A stretch of DNA of 55,352 nt from a virus. Lineage: Duplodnaviria; Caudoviricetes. Shown here in pieces: positions 16,889-26,200 of this stretch (positions within the stretch are counted from its first letter, which is position 1; every line of letters begins with the position of its first letter). The notes beneath the pieces are model-generated. The model was not told where the DNA came from and made no database searches. It saw only the letters and a list, made by a program, of their open reading frames with translations. The stretch spans positions 1 through 55,352 of IMG/VR virus record IMGVR_UViG_3300024323_000003; one strand, 5' to 3'. Both the position numbers and the translations under genes were made by a program.

Positions 16889-19249
16889 GTGCTATTTGAC
16901 CGCGCTGACGAAATTGATTCGATTGTCACAAATCTTAGGCAAGCAGACTTTTATCGTGGCCAGAACCGCGCTCTGATTGACATGGCGGCTAACGGCGCTC
17001 CGCCGTTCACGCCAGAGGAAGCCGAGGCCAACGGAATAGAGGTCAACTACTCCGACCTTTCGATGTGTCGCAGCGCGCATGACGCCCGTTCTCAGATGTC
17101 GAACGCCTTCATAAAGCCCGGCAACTATTTCCGCTGCACGACCGACATGGGCGACCCGAACAAGCGCGGCGATTGGGGAGCCATTGTCACTCGGGAAATC
17201 AGCCACATAATGAAGCGGTCCATACCGTACTTCGAGAAGTACCGGAGCACCTTCGCGCTGAACACCCTGCACGGCATTGCGCCGGGGGTATGGGCCAATC
17301 CCGACATCTGGCGACCACGCTCCGTCGGCATTGACGACGTGCTGATTCCCGGTGGCACAACGCTGGACATGGACGATCTGCCATTTTTCGCCATCCGCCA
17401 CTCGTGGACAGCCCCGCAGTTGATCCGAAAGATTCGCCGCCCCAACGTGGACAAGGGTTGGAACATTCCATTGGCCGAAGCCTGCCTCGAATGGATTGAC
17501 GCGGAGACAGCGCAACTTCAATCCAGCGCGTATCCTGATATGTGGAGCCCGGAGAAATGGGCCGAACGCATGAAGTCCGACGGCGCCTGCTACGCCGCCG
17601 ACCAGGTGCCCACCGTGGACGTGTTCGACTTCCATTTCTGGGATGACCGCGGAGACGTGGCCGGCTGGCGCCGGCGCATCATCCTCGACGCTTGGAGCGA
17701 GCCCACGCTCGCGGCTGGCCGGGTGACCCAAAATCGTAAGGATCCCAAAGGCCCCTACGGCAAGGACTTCGCCAACCAATTCCTCTACACGAGCGGCGAT
17801 GAACTTTACAGCAACTCCCGCCAGGAGGTAATCAGCTTCCAGTTCGCGGACCTGTCAGCCGTGGCACCCTTCAAATATCACTCCGTCCGCAGCATCGGAT
17901 TCCTGCTCTACGCCGTGTGCCACATTCAGAACCGGATGCGGTGCAAATTCACCGAAAGCGTTTTCGAGGCGCTGATGATGTATTTTCGGGTCAAGAGCGA
18001 AGAGGACATGCAACGGGCACTCAAGGTGAAAATGTGGAATCGCGGATTCATTGACGAAACCCTCCAGTTCATACCCGCGAACGAGCGTTTTCAGGTCCGG
18101 GCTGATTTGGTGGAGTTGGGGCTGAGGATGAACGACCAGCTTATCGCCGATAGCTCCAGCAGCTACACCCAGAACGCGAACCACTCCCCTGACCAGACCG
18201 AGAAAACCAAGTTTCAGGTGATGGCCGAAGTCAACGCCGCGCAGAGCCTCGTGAGCGCCGGCATGTTGCAGGCATACCAGTATCAGGAGTTCGAGGACCG
18301 GGAGATTCTTCGCCGCTTCATGCGCAAGAATTCGTGCGACCCCGACGTGATGACGTTCCGGGCGAATTGCCTGCGCCAGCGCGTGCCGAATAGAATCCTC
18401 ACACCCGAAGCCTGGGACTGCACTCACGAGCGCGTGTTGGGCACGGGGAACAAGACTCAGGAATTGCAGATCAGCCAATTCCTGATGGAAAATTTCCAGA
18501 AGTTCGATCCCGAACCGCAGCGCCAGATCCTTCACAACGTCACTACGGCCGTCAGCGACAACGCGGCTTTGGCCGACCAGTTGGTGCCGCTCAAAGGCGT
18601 GCCCGTCAGCGACTCGAAGCACGACGCGCAACTCGCTTTGCCGGCGCTCATGGGTGGCTATCCGGTGGACATAAAGACCGGAATGAACCACCAGGAGTAC
18701 ATCGCCGAAATCCTAAAAGGCATGGCCATGACGGTGAAGAAGATCAACCAGCGTGGCGGCGTGGCCACTCAGGACGAAATCGAGGGCTTGGTCAACGCGG
18801 GGCACCACGTCGAGGCGCATATCAAAATTCTGGCTCAGGACGAGGAACAGAAGGGCGTCGTCAAACAGTTTGGTGACGTGCTGGGTCGAGTGATGAACGA
18901 GGTCAAAGCGTTCGCGCAAAGGTTGCAGCAACAGCGCGAGGCGGCAGCCGCACAGAACGGCAATGGCCAGATGGACCCCGAGGCGCAGGCGAAAGTGGCG
19001 GCGACTATGTTGCAGGCCAAGACCAAGGCCGAGCTGGCGCAGCAAAGCCATGCGGAGCGCACGGCCCAGAAGCGCATCAGCTTTGAGCAAACCACCGCTC
19101 AAAAGGCCGAGGCTCATCGCCAGCAGTTGGCGCATGAGGCGCAACGGCAGCAAGTCGAAGTCGCCGGTGCCGATCTCAAGACCGCATCAGAAATCCACCA
19201 ACAGGCGGCACGCGCCAAGGCCGAACCGCCAGCAACGAGTGATGAATAA
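16889..19249 (+). CDS. Probable portal protein (P22-like, long C-terminal coiled coil)
   Basis: 786 aa, largely helical, EKTKFQV (T-x-x-E/Q-V-like portal motif), Gln/Ala-rich tail, scaffold-like gene downstream, no other portal candidate. Confidence 0.65.
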   Translation: MLFDRADEIDSIVTNLRQADFYRGQNRALIDMAANGAPPFTPEEAEANGIEVNYSDLSMCRSAHDARSQMSNAFIKPGNYFRCTTDMGDPNKRGDWGAIVTREISHIMKRSIPYFEKYRSTFALNTLHGIAPGVWANPDIWRPRSVGIDDVLIPGGTTLDMDDLPFFAIRHSWTAPQLIRKIRRPNVDKGWNIPLAEACLEWIDAETAQLQSSAYPDMWSPEKWAERMKSDGACYAADQVPTVDVFDFHFWDDRGDVAGWRRRIILDAWSEPTLAAGRVTQNRKDPKGPYGKDFANQFLYTSGDELYSNSRQEVISFQFADLSAVAPFKYHSVRSIGFLLYAVCHIQNRMRCKFTESVFEALMMYFRVKSEEDMQRALKVKMWNRGFIDETLQFIPANERFQVRADLVELGLRMNDQLIADSSSSYTQNANHSPDQTEKTKFQVMAEVNAAQSLVSAGMLQAYQYQEFEDREILRRFMRKNSCDPDVMTFRANCLRQRVPNRILTPEAWDCTHERVLGTGNKTQELQISQFLMENFQKFDPEPQRQILHNVTTAVSDNAALADQLVPLKGVPVSDSKHDAQLALPALMGGYPVDIKTGMNHQEYIAEILKGMAMTVKKINQRGGVATQDEIEGLVNAGHHVEAHIKILAQDEEQKGVVKQFGDVLGRVMNEVKAFAQRLQQQREAAAAQNGNGQMDPEAQAKVAATMLQAKTKAELAQQSHAERTAQKRISFEQTTAQKAEAHRQQLAHEAQRQQVEVAGADLKTASEIHQQAARAKAEPPATSDE

Positions 19250-19431
19250 CCCCACCAACCCACCCTGCACCACTTCATCCCCGCCGTGCCCCAACCCCAT
19301 GCTCAAAGCCCTCAACCGCGTCCTCCAACCACGCGATAGTCAAAACAAACGCTTTACGAAGCCTGCGAAGGAGCGTAAATCTAAGGTTAGACAGTATTAT
19401 TAACCAACCAACCGAAGAAAGTGAGTCACTA

Positions 19432-19632
19432 ATGTTATACGAAGTAGCCCTCATCCAGAAACCCACCGAGAACGAATTGAAGGAAGGCAAAGTTGAAACA
19501 CTCATCCTGCCCCCAACCGCCGTGCTGGCCCAGGACGACCGCAGCGCCGCCGTCAAAGCTGTGAGCGACAACAAGGACAAGATCACCGCCGACTTGTCCC
19601 GAGTCACGGTCCTTGTGCGCCCTTTCGCGTAA
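19432..19632 (+). CDS. Hypothetical protein
   Basis: 66 aa ending VLVRPFA; coding-like codon usage. Confidence 0.7.
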   Translation: MLYEVALIQKPTENELKEGKVETLILPPTAVLAQDDRSAAVKAVSDNKDKITADLSRVTVLVRPFA

Positions 19633-19875
19633 CTGGGGTGCGACAGGAAAACGCGCAGAAAGAAAGGGCTTACCCGTCGCCAGCGCAGAGCGTTCGAGCG
19701 CAGGCCAGGGCGGAAGAAAATCCGTTTGAGGCTTTCCAGGATAAGATTCGATCTTTACCGGACGGAATCCTAAATTCCCCATCGTGGATGGTTGCCAGCC
19801 CCAATACGGCTGGTGCAATGACCTATTCAGCCAGCAACCTGATGACCGGACTATTGAACGACCAAGGAGATTGAT

Positions 19876-20166
19876 ATGCCTTTGGAATTTTCCACCCCGA
19901 AGCAACGATTTGTAAAATCCAAAGACCGCTGTGAGGCCCACCGCTTCATCGTCTCTCACGCGCAGTTTGACCAGAGCGTTGACGTGGCAATGGCTGAGTT
20001 GACCGATGAACTTTTGCGCAGCCTTCCGCCAAGCGTCCACGACGGCGCGGCCAATGCCTACGCGATTGCGGGAGCGCAGAAGTTTATCCGCATCCTCAAG
20101 AATCTTTCCGAGCATCCCGAACCCACCAGATCAGCGCCATTGTCACAACTGCGTCACGACGCATGA
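19876..20166 (+). CDS. Hypothetical protein (post-portal)
   Basis: 96 aa; GGAG upstream. Confidence 0.7.
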   Translation: MPLEFSTPKQRFVKSKDRCEAHRFIVSHAQFDQSVDVAMAELTDELLRSLPPSVHDGAANAYAIAGAQKFIRILKNLSEHPEPTRSAPLSQLRHDA

Positions 20167-20332
20167 TTATCTGCCTTCTCAATTTCGCGTTATGCTGTAC
20201 CGTTATAGGAATCTACGCAGCGGAAAACAATCCACAAAATCCCCCAATCTGGTTTCCCATTATCTGTGCCGAGTTCTGGTTCCTTATGATCGTTTTTAGA
20301 CCGAAAGACACGGTTCAACCACCAACCATCGT

Positions 20333-21694
20333 ATGCCCGAAATAACCACCGCCCCCGACCCCGCCTCCACCGTAACCGCCGCGCCAGCCGCCGCAGTTCC
20401 ACATGGAACGCCATCGCGCCAGGCTCCACAGTCGCCCATGCAACGTCCACGGCCTGCTATGGACCGCATGAAGGCTGAAATTGAGCGCACAGCCAAGCCT
20501 GCCGATGGCGTGCCGCCCACCGCGCCCAAGACTGACGCCACAACGACCACCGCCGACCCCAAGCCCAAAACGGAGCCTTCGACGGCTGACCCCAAGCCCA
20601 AGACCGAACCCGGCACCGCCGACGCGCCCAAGACTGCGCCGGCCACAACCGACGACACCGCCCCGGACCCCAAGTTGGAGCAGTCCAAAATGCCGCCCGA
20701 CATGGACAAAGCCGTGCGCGGCAAGGACGGAAAGATAAACCCCTGGAAGATGAAAGATTGGTGGCAAAACAAATATGCTGAGTCTCAAGCCGAAATCGCC
20801 AAGCTCAAGACCGAAGGGCTCGCTCCGGCCGAGAAGCAGGAATACCTCACCCGCATCGAAAAGGCCGAGGCGAAGCTCAAGGAATACGACGACGAAATCC
20901 GGCACGTCCGATACGAGAAATCCACCGAGTTCAAAGAGAAGTATCAGGCTCCCTTTGAAGCCGCCTGCAATCGCGCCATGAGCGAGTTGGGGGAATTGAC
21001 GCTCCCTCAACCCGACGGGTCACAGAGAGCCTTGCAGTTGCAGGACATTCTGGATCTCGCGTGGATGCCGCTGCCCAAAGCCCGCGCTGCCGCGGTCGAA
21101 CTCTACGGCGACTTCGCCGATGACGTGATGGCTCACCGCAAAGAGATTCGCGCCCTTGGTGAGCAGCAAGCCGCCGCCCTGAAAGACGCCAAGGAGAACG
21201 GAGCCAAGCGCGAGAAAGAGCGGCAGGAAATGCAGACCAAGACCCAGCGCGAGGTCAGCGAGCACATCCAAAAAACCTTCAAGTCCGCTCTGGACGACTC
21301 GCTCAAGCATCCCGAAATAAGCGAGTTTTTCAAGCCGAAAGAGGGTGACGAAGCCTGGAACAAATCCCTCGAAGAGGGGAAGCAGCTTTTCAAGGCCATG
21401 TATCGGGAGCCCGACGACCCGAATCTGACTCCGAAGGAACGGGCGGAACTGGTGGCGACCCACGCGGCGATATTCAATCGCAGTGCGGCTTTCGGACCCA
21501 TGCGCCGGCTCATCAAGTCGCTCCGTAAGGAACTTGCCGACGTGAAAAAGGAAAACGAAGGCTTCAAAGGCAGCCGTCCCGACGCGAGCGGCGACACCCA
21601 ATCGGCGGCGACACCGGCGACTAACGGCATGAGTCGAATGGAGCAAATGAAAGCGGCATTGGCTCAACCTGACGCGCCCTGGGCGAGGAAGTGA
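20333..21694 (+). CDS. Probable capsid scaffolding protein
   Basis: Pro/Thr/Asp-rich disordered N-terminus and long charged coiled coils; located after the portal. Confidence 0.55.
   Translation: MPEITTAPDPASTVTAAPAAAVPHGTPSRQAPQSPMQRPRPAMDRMKAEIERTAKPADGVPPTAPKTDATTTTADPKPKTEPSTADPKPKTEPGTADAPKTAPATTDDTAPDPKLEQSKMPPDMDKAVRGKDGKINPWKMKDWWQNKYAESQAEIAKLKTEGLAPAEKQEYLTRIEKAEAKLKEYDDEIRHVRYEKSTEFKEKYQAPFEAACNRAMSELGELTLPQPDGSQRALQLQDILDLAWMPLPKARAAAVELYGDFADDVMAHRKEIRALGEQQAAALKDAKENGAKREKERQEMQTKTQREVSEHIQKTFKSALDDSLKHPEISEFFKPKEGDEAWNKSLEEGKQLFKAMYREPDDPNLTPKERAELVATHAAIFNRSAAFGPMRRLIKSLRKELADVKKENEGFKGSRPDASGDTQSAATPATNGMSRMEQMKAALAQPDAPWARK
20549..20640 (+). repeat. Intragenic 33-nt tandem repeat (TADPKPKTEP twice plus a degenerate third copy)
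   Basis: TADPKPKTEPS-TADPKPKTEPG-TADAPKTAP. Confidence 0.8.
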
Positions 21695-21695
21695 T

Positions 21696-21944
21696 ATGAC
21701 ATTCAAATGGCGTCCAAAGGAAGGGTTTTGGTTTGTTTGGGGTTTCAAAAACATAACTCACGGACAAATTTTCTTCTACCTCAAAAAAGAAGGAATTGTG
21801 ATTACAAATAAATGGGCCGTTGATCCTGAAATGGTAAACCCATTTTGGTTTTCACTGTTTTGGAACCAATTTTGGAAGCGCGGATTCCGACTTGGTTATT
21901 ATCGCGCTGCGAACGGAAAGGTATTTGGAAGGATAGGAGCCTAA
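21696..21944 (+). CDS. Hypothetical aromatic-rich protein, low GC
   Basis: Fills the gap between neighbours; AT-rich relative to flanks. Confidence 0.55.
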   Translation: MTFKWRPKEGFWFVWGFKNITHGQIFFYLKKEGIVITNKWAVDPEMVNPFWFSLFWNQFWKRGFRLGYYRAANGKVFGRIGA

Positions 21945-22949
21945 ATGAAAACTAAATTCTCCCTTACCAACGACGATCTGATGGTGCTCCAAACCCCGGG
22001 CCTTCCCGCAGAATCAGCCAACCAAATCTGGCATGGCGTGTGCAAGCGCGTTGGGTGTCAGTTCGCCACACTGGAGGACGCCAAGACGGGCGACCCCCGC
22101 GAATTTTTGGCCGAACCCGCGGCGCCGGAACCGCCTGGAGAGGAAGTCGTCAAAGTGGCCACCTCTGCTGACAACGCCCTGGTGGACAGTCTTTGCGCCG
22201 GTCGAAACTTGGCCCAGAGGGGCATCTTTGACACTCACGCTAGTAACACGAGCGAGCAACGCATTCTCGCTGCCCTCGCAAACAAACCCAGCGGAACCGG
22301 AGAGGAACTTCGCGCCCTCAATGCGTCCGAGCGCGAGGTGTGGGAAAGCTGCCGACAGATTGAAAAGGTTGTTACTGGCCCATTCTTCGGCGATGGCCCA
22401 TTCAAAACCGGGGAGTGGCGCGTCTTTCGTCAGGAGCGCATCTGGCTCCCGAACAGTGGCAAGCCCGGGTTTCTCGCTCACTGGGGAGAGCCTCATGCGG
22501 TGTTCAAGGTTGGCGATAAGGCACTCATCGTTCAGTATAATGTGCTGAACGCAGATGTCCTGAGTGATTGGAGAAAAATGCAACTTCTGGACTTGGTTGT
22601 GCTCGTGGCGGGACACTACGCGCCACTGGATCGAGTTTCCACGGTCGTCATTCAACCGCTTGTCACTCAGACGCCGGAAATCGTTACCTACGAACTATCA
22701 TCGATTGAGGACTCGTACAAGGACATGATTCGACGCATCTCCGCCAGCAACCACCCGGGGGCGACACGAACGCCGGGAGAGGTCCAGTGCAAATCATGCA
22801 AGGCTGTTGGGACATGCAACGAGAACAGGGTGTGGCGAGCCGCGCAACAGCCGCCAGTCGCGCCAAAGCCTGTCGTAATTGATCCGCCAGTGCTCGAACC
22901 TCCCGTTTATCCTCCGAAGAAAAAGGCATTTGGCTGGGTTACAAAATGA
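21945..22949 (+). CDS. Cas4/DUF2800-like PD-(D/E)xK-fold protein, catalytically degenerate
   Basis: LCAG, QERIW, GEPH, LIVQYN, MQLLDL, VIQP, PGEVQCKSCKAVGTC. Confidence 0.6.
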   Translation: MKTKFSLTNDDLMVLQTPGLPAESANQIWHGVCKRVGCQFATLEDAKTGDPREFLAEPAAPEPPGEEVVKVATSADNALVDSLCAGRNLAQRGIFDTHASNTSEQRILAALANKPSGTGEELRALNASEREVWESCRQIEKVVTGPFFGDGPFKTGEWRVFRQERIWLPNSGKPGFLAHWGEPHAVFKVGDKALIVQYNVLNADVLSDWRKMQLLDLVVLVAGHYAPLDRVSTVVIQPLVTQTPEIVTYELSSIEDSYKDMIRRISASNHPGATRTPGEVQCKSCKAVGTCNENRVWRAAQQPPVAPKPVVIDPPVLEPPVYPPKKKAFGWVTK

Positions 22950-23209
22950 GCATCCACAAACGATTCTTCACTCGAAAGCAATTCAAGAACAACAGCGAGC
23001 CTTCCCAATTCATGCAGCGTGCGGCTCAGGCCGTGCTCAAGGAATTGCCAAAGGACTACGGATTCGCGGTAATTGCCTTCCCGCTGGATTCACGCGATGG
23101 TGCGCTCAGATACGTGAGCAACGGTGATCGTGAGAGCGTGCTGAAATTGATGCGCGAATTCGTCGCTAAACAGGATTCCAAACCACCTGATGCGCCTGAG
23201 GGGAATTAA
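22946..23209 (+). CDS. Hypothetical protein
   Basis: GFAVIAF...YVSNGDRESVLKLMREF; ATGA-coupled. Confidence 0.7.
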   Translation: MSIHKRFFTRKQFKNNSEPSQFMQRAAQAVLKELPKDYGFAVIAFPLDSRDGALRYVSNGDRESVLKLMREFVAKQDSKPPDAPEGN

Positions 23210-26200
23210 CGGGTGCCAGCCTTGTTCGGGCTGTAGGTCTGCAACCCCATTCCGAAGATCGAAACAATCGCCATTGCGGTGCCTCGCGGCACTCCCTGAT
23301 CCTCCATCGCCTTAACGATGTCGCTCAGGGCTAATGGCGTGACCAATCCCGCGGCTGTGCCAAGTGGCGTGACTGGCTGGACAACGACGTTCTCTCCCGC
23401 CAGAGAATCCACGATTGCCCCCGGCACCGGAGCCAACTTAGAACGCGCAAACCTCGCCAGCACATCGGCGGAATTCCCATGACCGAAAGGCACTTTGGGT
23501 CCACGAATTGGTTCGATTCTTCCTTTATTGTCTTTGGTCTTTCCGCTTGCCAGTCGGCTCGTAAGCACGATTTCCTGCTGCAATCCCGATAGCGGGTCAA
23601 CCCGGGTATTCCCATATCGCAGCTTTCCAAAGTCGGAAGATCGTGGGTCCGTCTCAACCTTCGCGCCGTCCATGTTAGCCAGCGCGTAAACCACCCCAAT
23701 CCCGATCAAGTATCTGGCATACTCGCTCGCAATCAACCCGCGGGTCGCCGCGGTGCCCTGATACATCGGCTGTACTGCCAGGAGTTGAAATCGGCTGGCG
23801 ACATAACGCGGAGCGAAAAATACGGTGTTCAGGCCAACGAGCGCGTTTTCCTTCATTCCCAAATTGCCGCGTCCGGTGGACACGTTGATGAAGTTGGAAA
23901 TCGCGTTCGCTTCTTTTGGAGTCAGGGTCCGGTCCCGAGCCAGTGTTTTTGCCATCGCATCGAACGAGTCGGCACGGAGCTTGTTCAGGAACGTCACGTA
24001 AGCGCGTTGGGAGCCTGCCACGAATGGGATTTTGTCGGCCCATCGGGACATGTACGCTTCCTCCATTTGGGAGAGCTTTTGATTGTGTTCTGAGAGGTAA
24101 AGTTTTGAGCGCCGGTAAAGTGGGTAATTTGGACGCGCCATTATTTCCTGCTCCACCTTGAACTGGCCTTCGGGAGAGCGGAACGCCCGGAACATCGCCG
24201 GGAAAGATTTCAAGGCACGTATCGGATGCCCAAAGGCGGTGAATCCACCCTGCCTCAACACCGCCGAAAGGTCCATGCTGGTCATTATCGCACGGGTGGT
24301 GTTGATTGCCTCGCCTGCCCCACCGAGAATCTTTTTCCACCTGGGGCGCTTCGCCAGCCGATCTTTCATCAATCCAATGTGAAATTCCCGCTTCGCCTTT
24401 TCAGCCTCGAAATGGAGTTTGGTGGCCTCTGCGTCCATCGGAGTCTCGCGCTTGGGTTTCACGCTAAAATCGCCACGGGCGAGTTTGTCCTGCAATTCAG
24501 CGGTGCGGTTTCGCAGGCGGGTCTTGAGGGACGCCAGGGCGCGTTCTTCGGGTGTCTTTTTGGGGTTGGCCAAGTCCTGCAATTCCTTGAACTGATCTTT
24601 GAGCGCATCACGCTTCGCCCTGAGCGCCTCCAGTTCGGGCGTCACCGGAGTTTTCGACGGCTGCTTCGCCGTGTTCAAATCACCCTCTTTAATCCTGCGC
24701 TCAAGTTCGAGGATGGACTTCTCGACGGCGCTGGTAGCCATTTTCACCCGCTGCTCGTCGGTCATTTCCGGTTTTCCGAAAGTCTCGTCAAACTGGGCCT
24801 TTAGCGCGTCTCGCTCTGCCTTCAAATCGAGCGCCTCTTTGTCGTAGGGCACGCCAGTCTTTTTGCGAACGATTTTCTGGCCGGATTTGATCTGGTAAGT
24901 CAGGTCCGAGATTCGGTTTCGCAGGTTGGTCTTGATTGAGTCCAGTGCGGATTTCAACTGCCTCGCCGGGTCGGTCACAATTACGCCAAACCTGCGCTTG
25001 GCCTCATTCACCTGCTGAATCAGCCGACGCTCGGCATCGCTTTGCGGCCGCCGCTCTACACCCGTCTTGAGAATTGGCTTTTTGGCCGTTATGTCCTCAA
25101 GTTTGGCAACCTGCTGTCCCTGCCCTTTAAGGTCTCGAATTTCGACACTGATTTGATCTTTGCTCAGTTGCTTGAAGTCGCCATATCCAGAAAAGGCATC
25201 CATCGCGTCTCGGCGGGTAATAGTGGGGTCAATTTCCACCAACACCTTATGCAAGGCGTCAATGAGCGGGTCCAATTTTTTGATGCCCTGCTCCACAAAG
25301 GTCCGGGCAAGTCTCTGAACGAGTTGGGCAATACCTTTCTTTTCGCCGTTATCCACCTTGCCTTTGATGGCCTCAATCGTCGCCTTCTGCTGCTCTTCAA
25401 CATCAGCACCCCGCACGGCGCGTTTCACCTTTTCAAACTGACCCCCTGCAATCTTTTTGGTTTGAGAATCAAGAGCGGCTTGCGAGGCTTCCCAAACTGT
25501 TTGTAAGTGAGGTTTGATCTTGTCACCAAACTCCCCAACCATCTTGGCAGACCAAGAGGTAATTTCTGCCGCTCCGCTGAGAATTGTTGAAACTCCAATA
25601 TCGGTGAGGTCGAGCAGCACTTGCGGACTGATGGTGAACAGTTTTCCAGACAGCCTTTTTCGTGCGGCATCGGCCCGGGTGTCAAAATACTGCTTCACCT
25701 TGTCGGCGATGATTCGAACATGCGGCTCAACAACGGGCTGTTTGTTAGCATCACGCTGCGCGGCATCCAATGCGTCCTGCACGGCTCTGGCGGCATCGCG
25801 CTCTTGTGTCTTGGCGATGTGGTCCTCGTAGGCGGCAATCTTTTTGTGCAGAGCCTCAATTTCAGCCTCTTGCGCTGCCGTCAATGGTGCGCCATTGTTA
25901 GCTTCGTTGCGTTTTCGGAGCCGCATTTCAACCAGCGTAAAATCATCCCTGGCGCCCATCTTCTGAGCCTGTAGGGTGCGACCCGCTTCCGTTCCCGTGC
26001 CGTTCCTTCCAACTGCATCATCCAGGGCATCAAGTTGGCGCTCGAAATTAGCGACATCTGTTTTTGCTTCCGACAGGTCATCGGCTCTGCCGTCGTCAAA
26101 AGCCCGCGCCACTCGTTTGAGTGCGTTATTGGTTTCAGCCTTGAGTCTCGCTCGTTCCCAAACCAAACCAGCGTTTTCCCAAGACAGCAATGGGCGGGGA

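Noticed and set aside
16892-19153. Long antisense ORFs over the portal gene (also 40474..41604, 1281..2099, 20315..21754, 52080..52835)
   Set aside because: Shadow ORFs expected from GC-rich codon bias on the sense strand; no motifs
21945-22949. CRISPR-Cas system implied by the Cas4-like gene
   Set aside because: No cas1/cas2, effector genes or array; solo Cas4-like genes are common in phages
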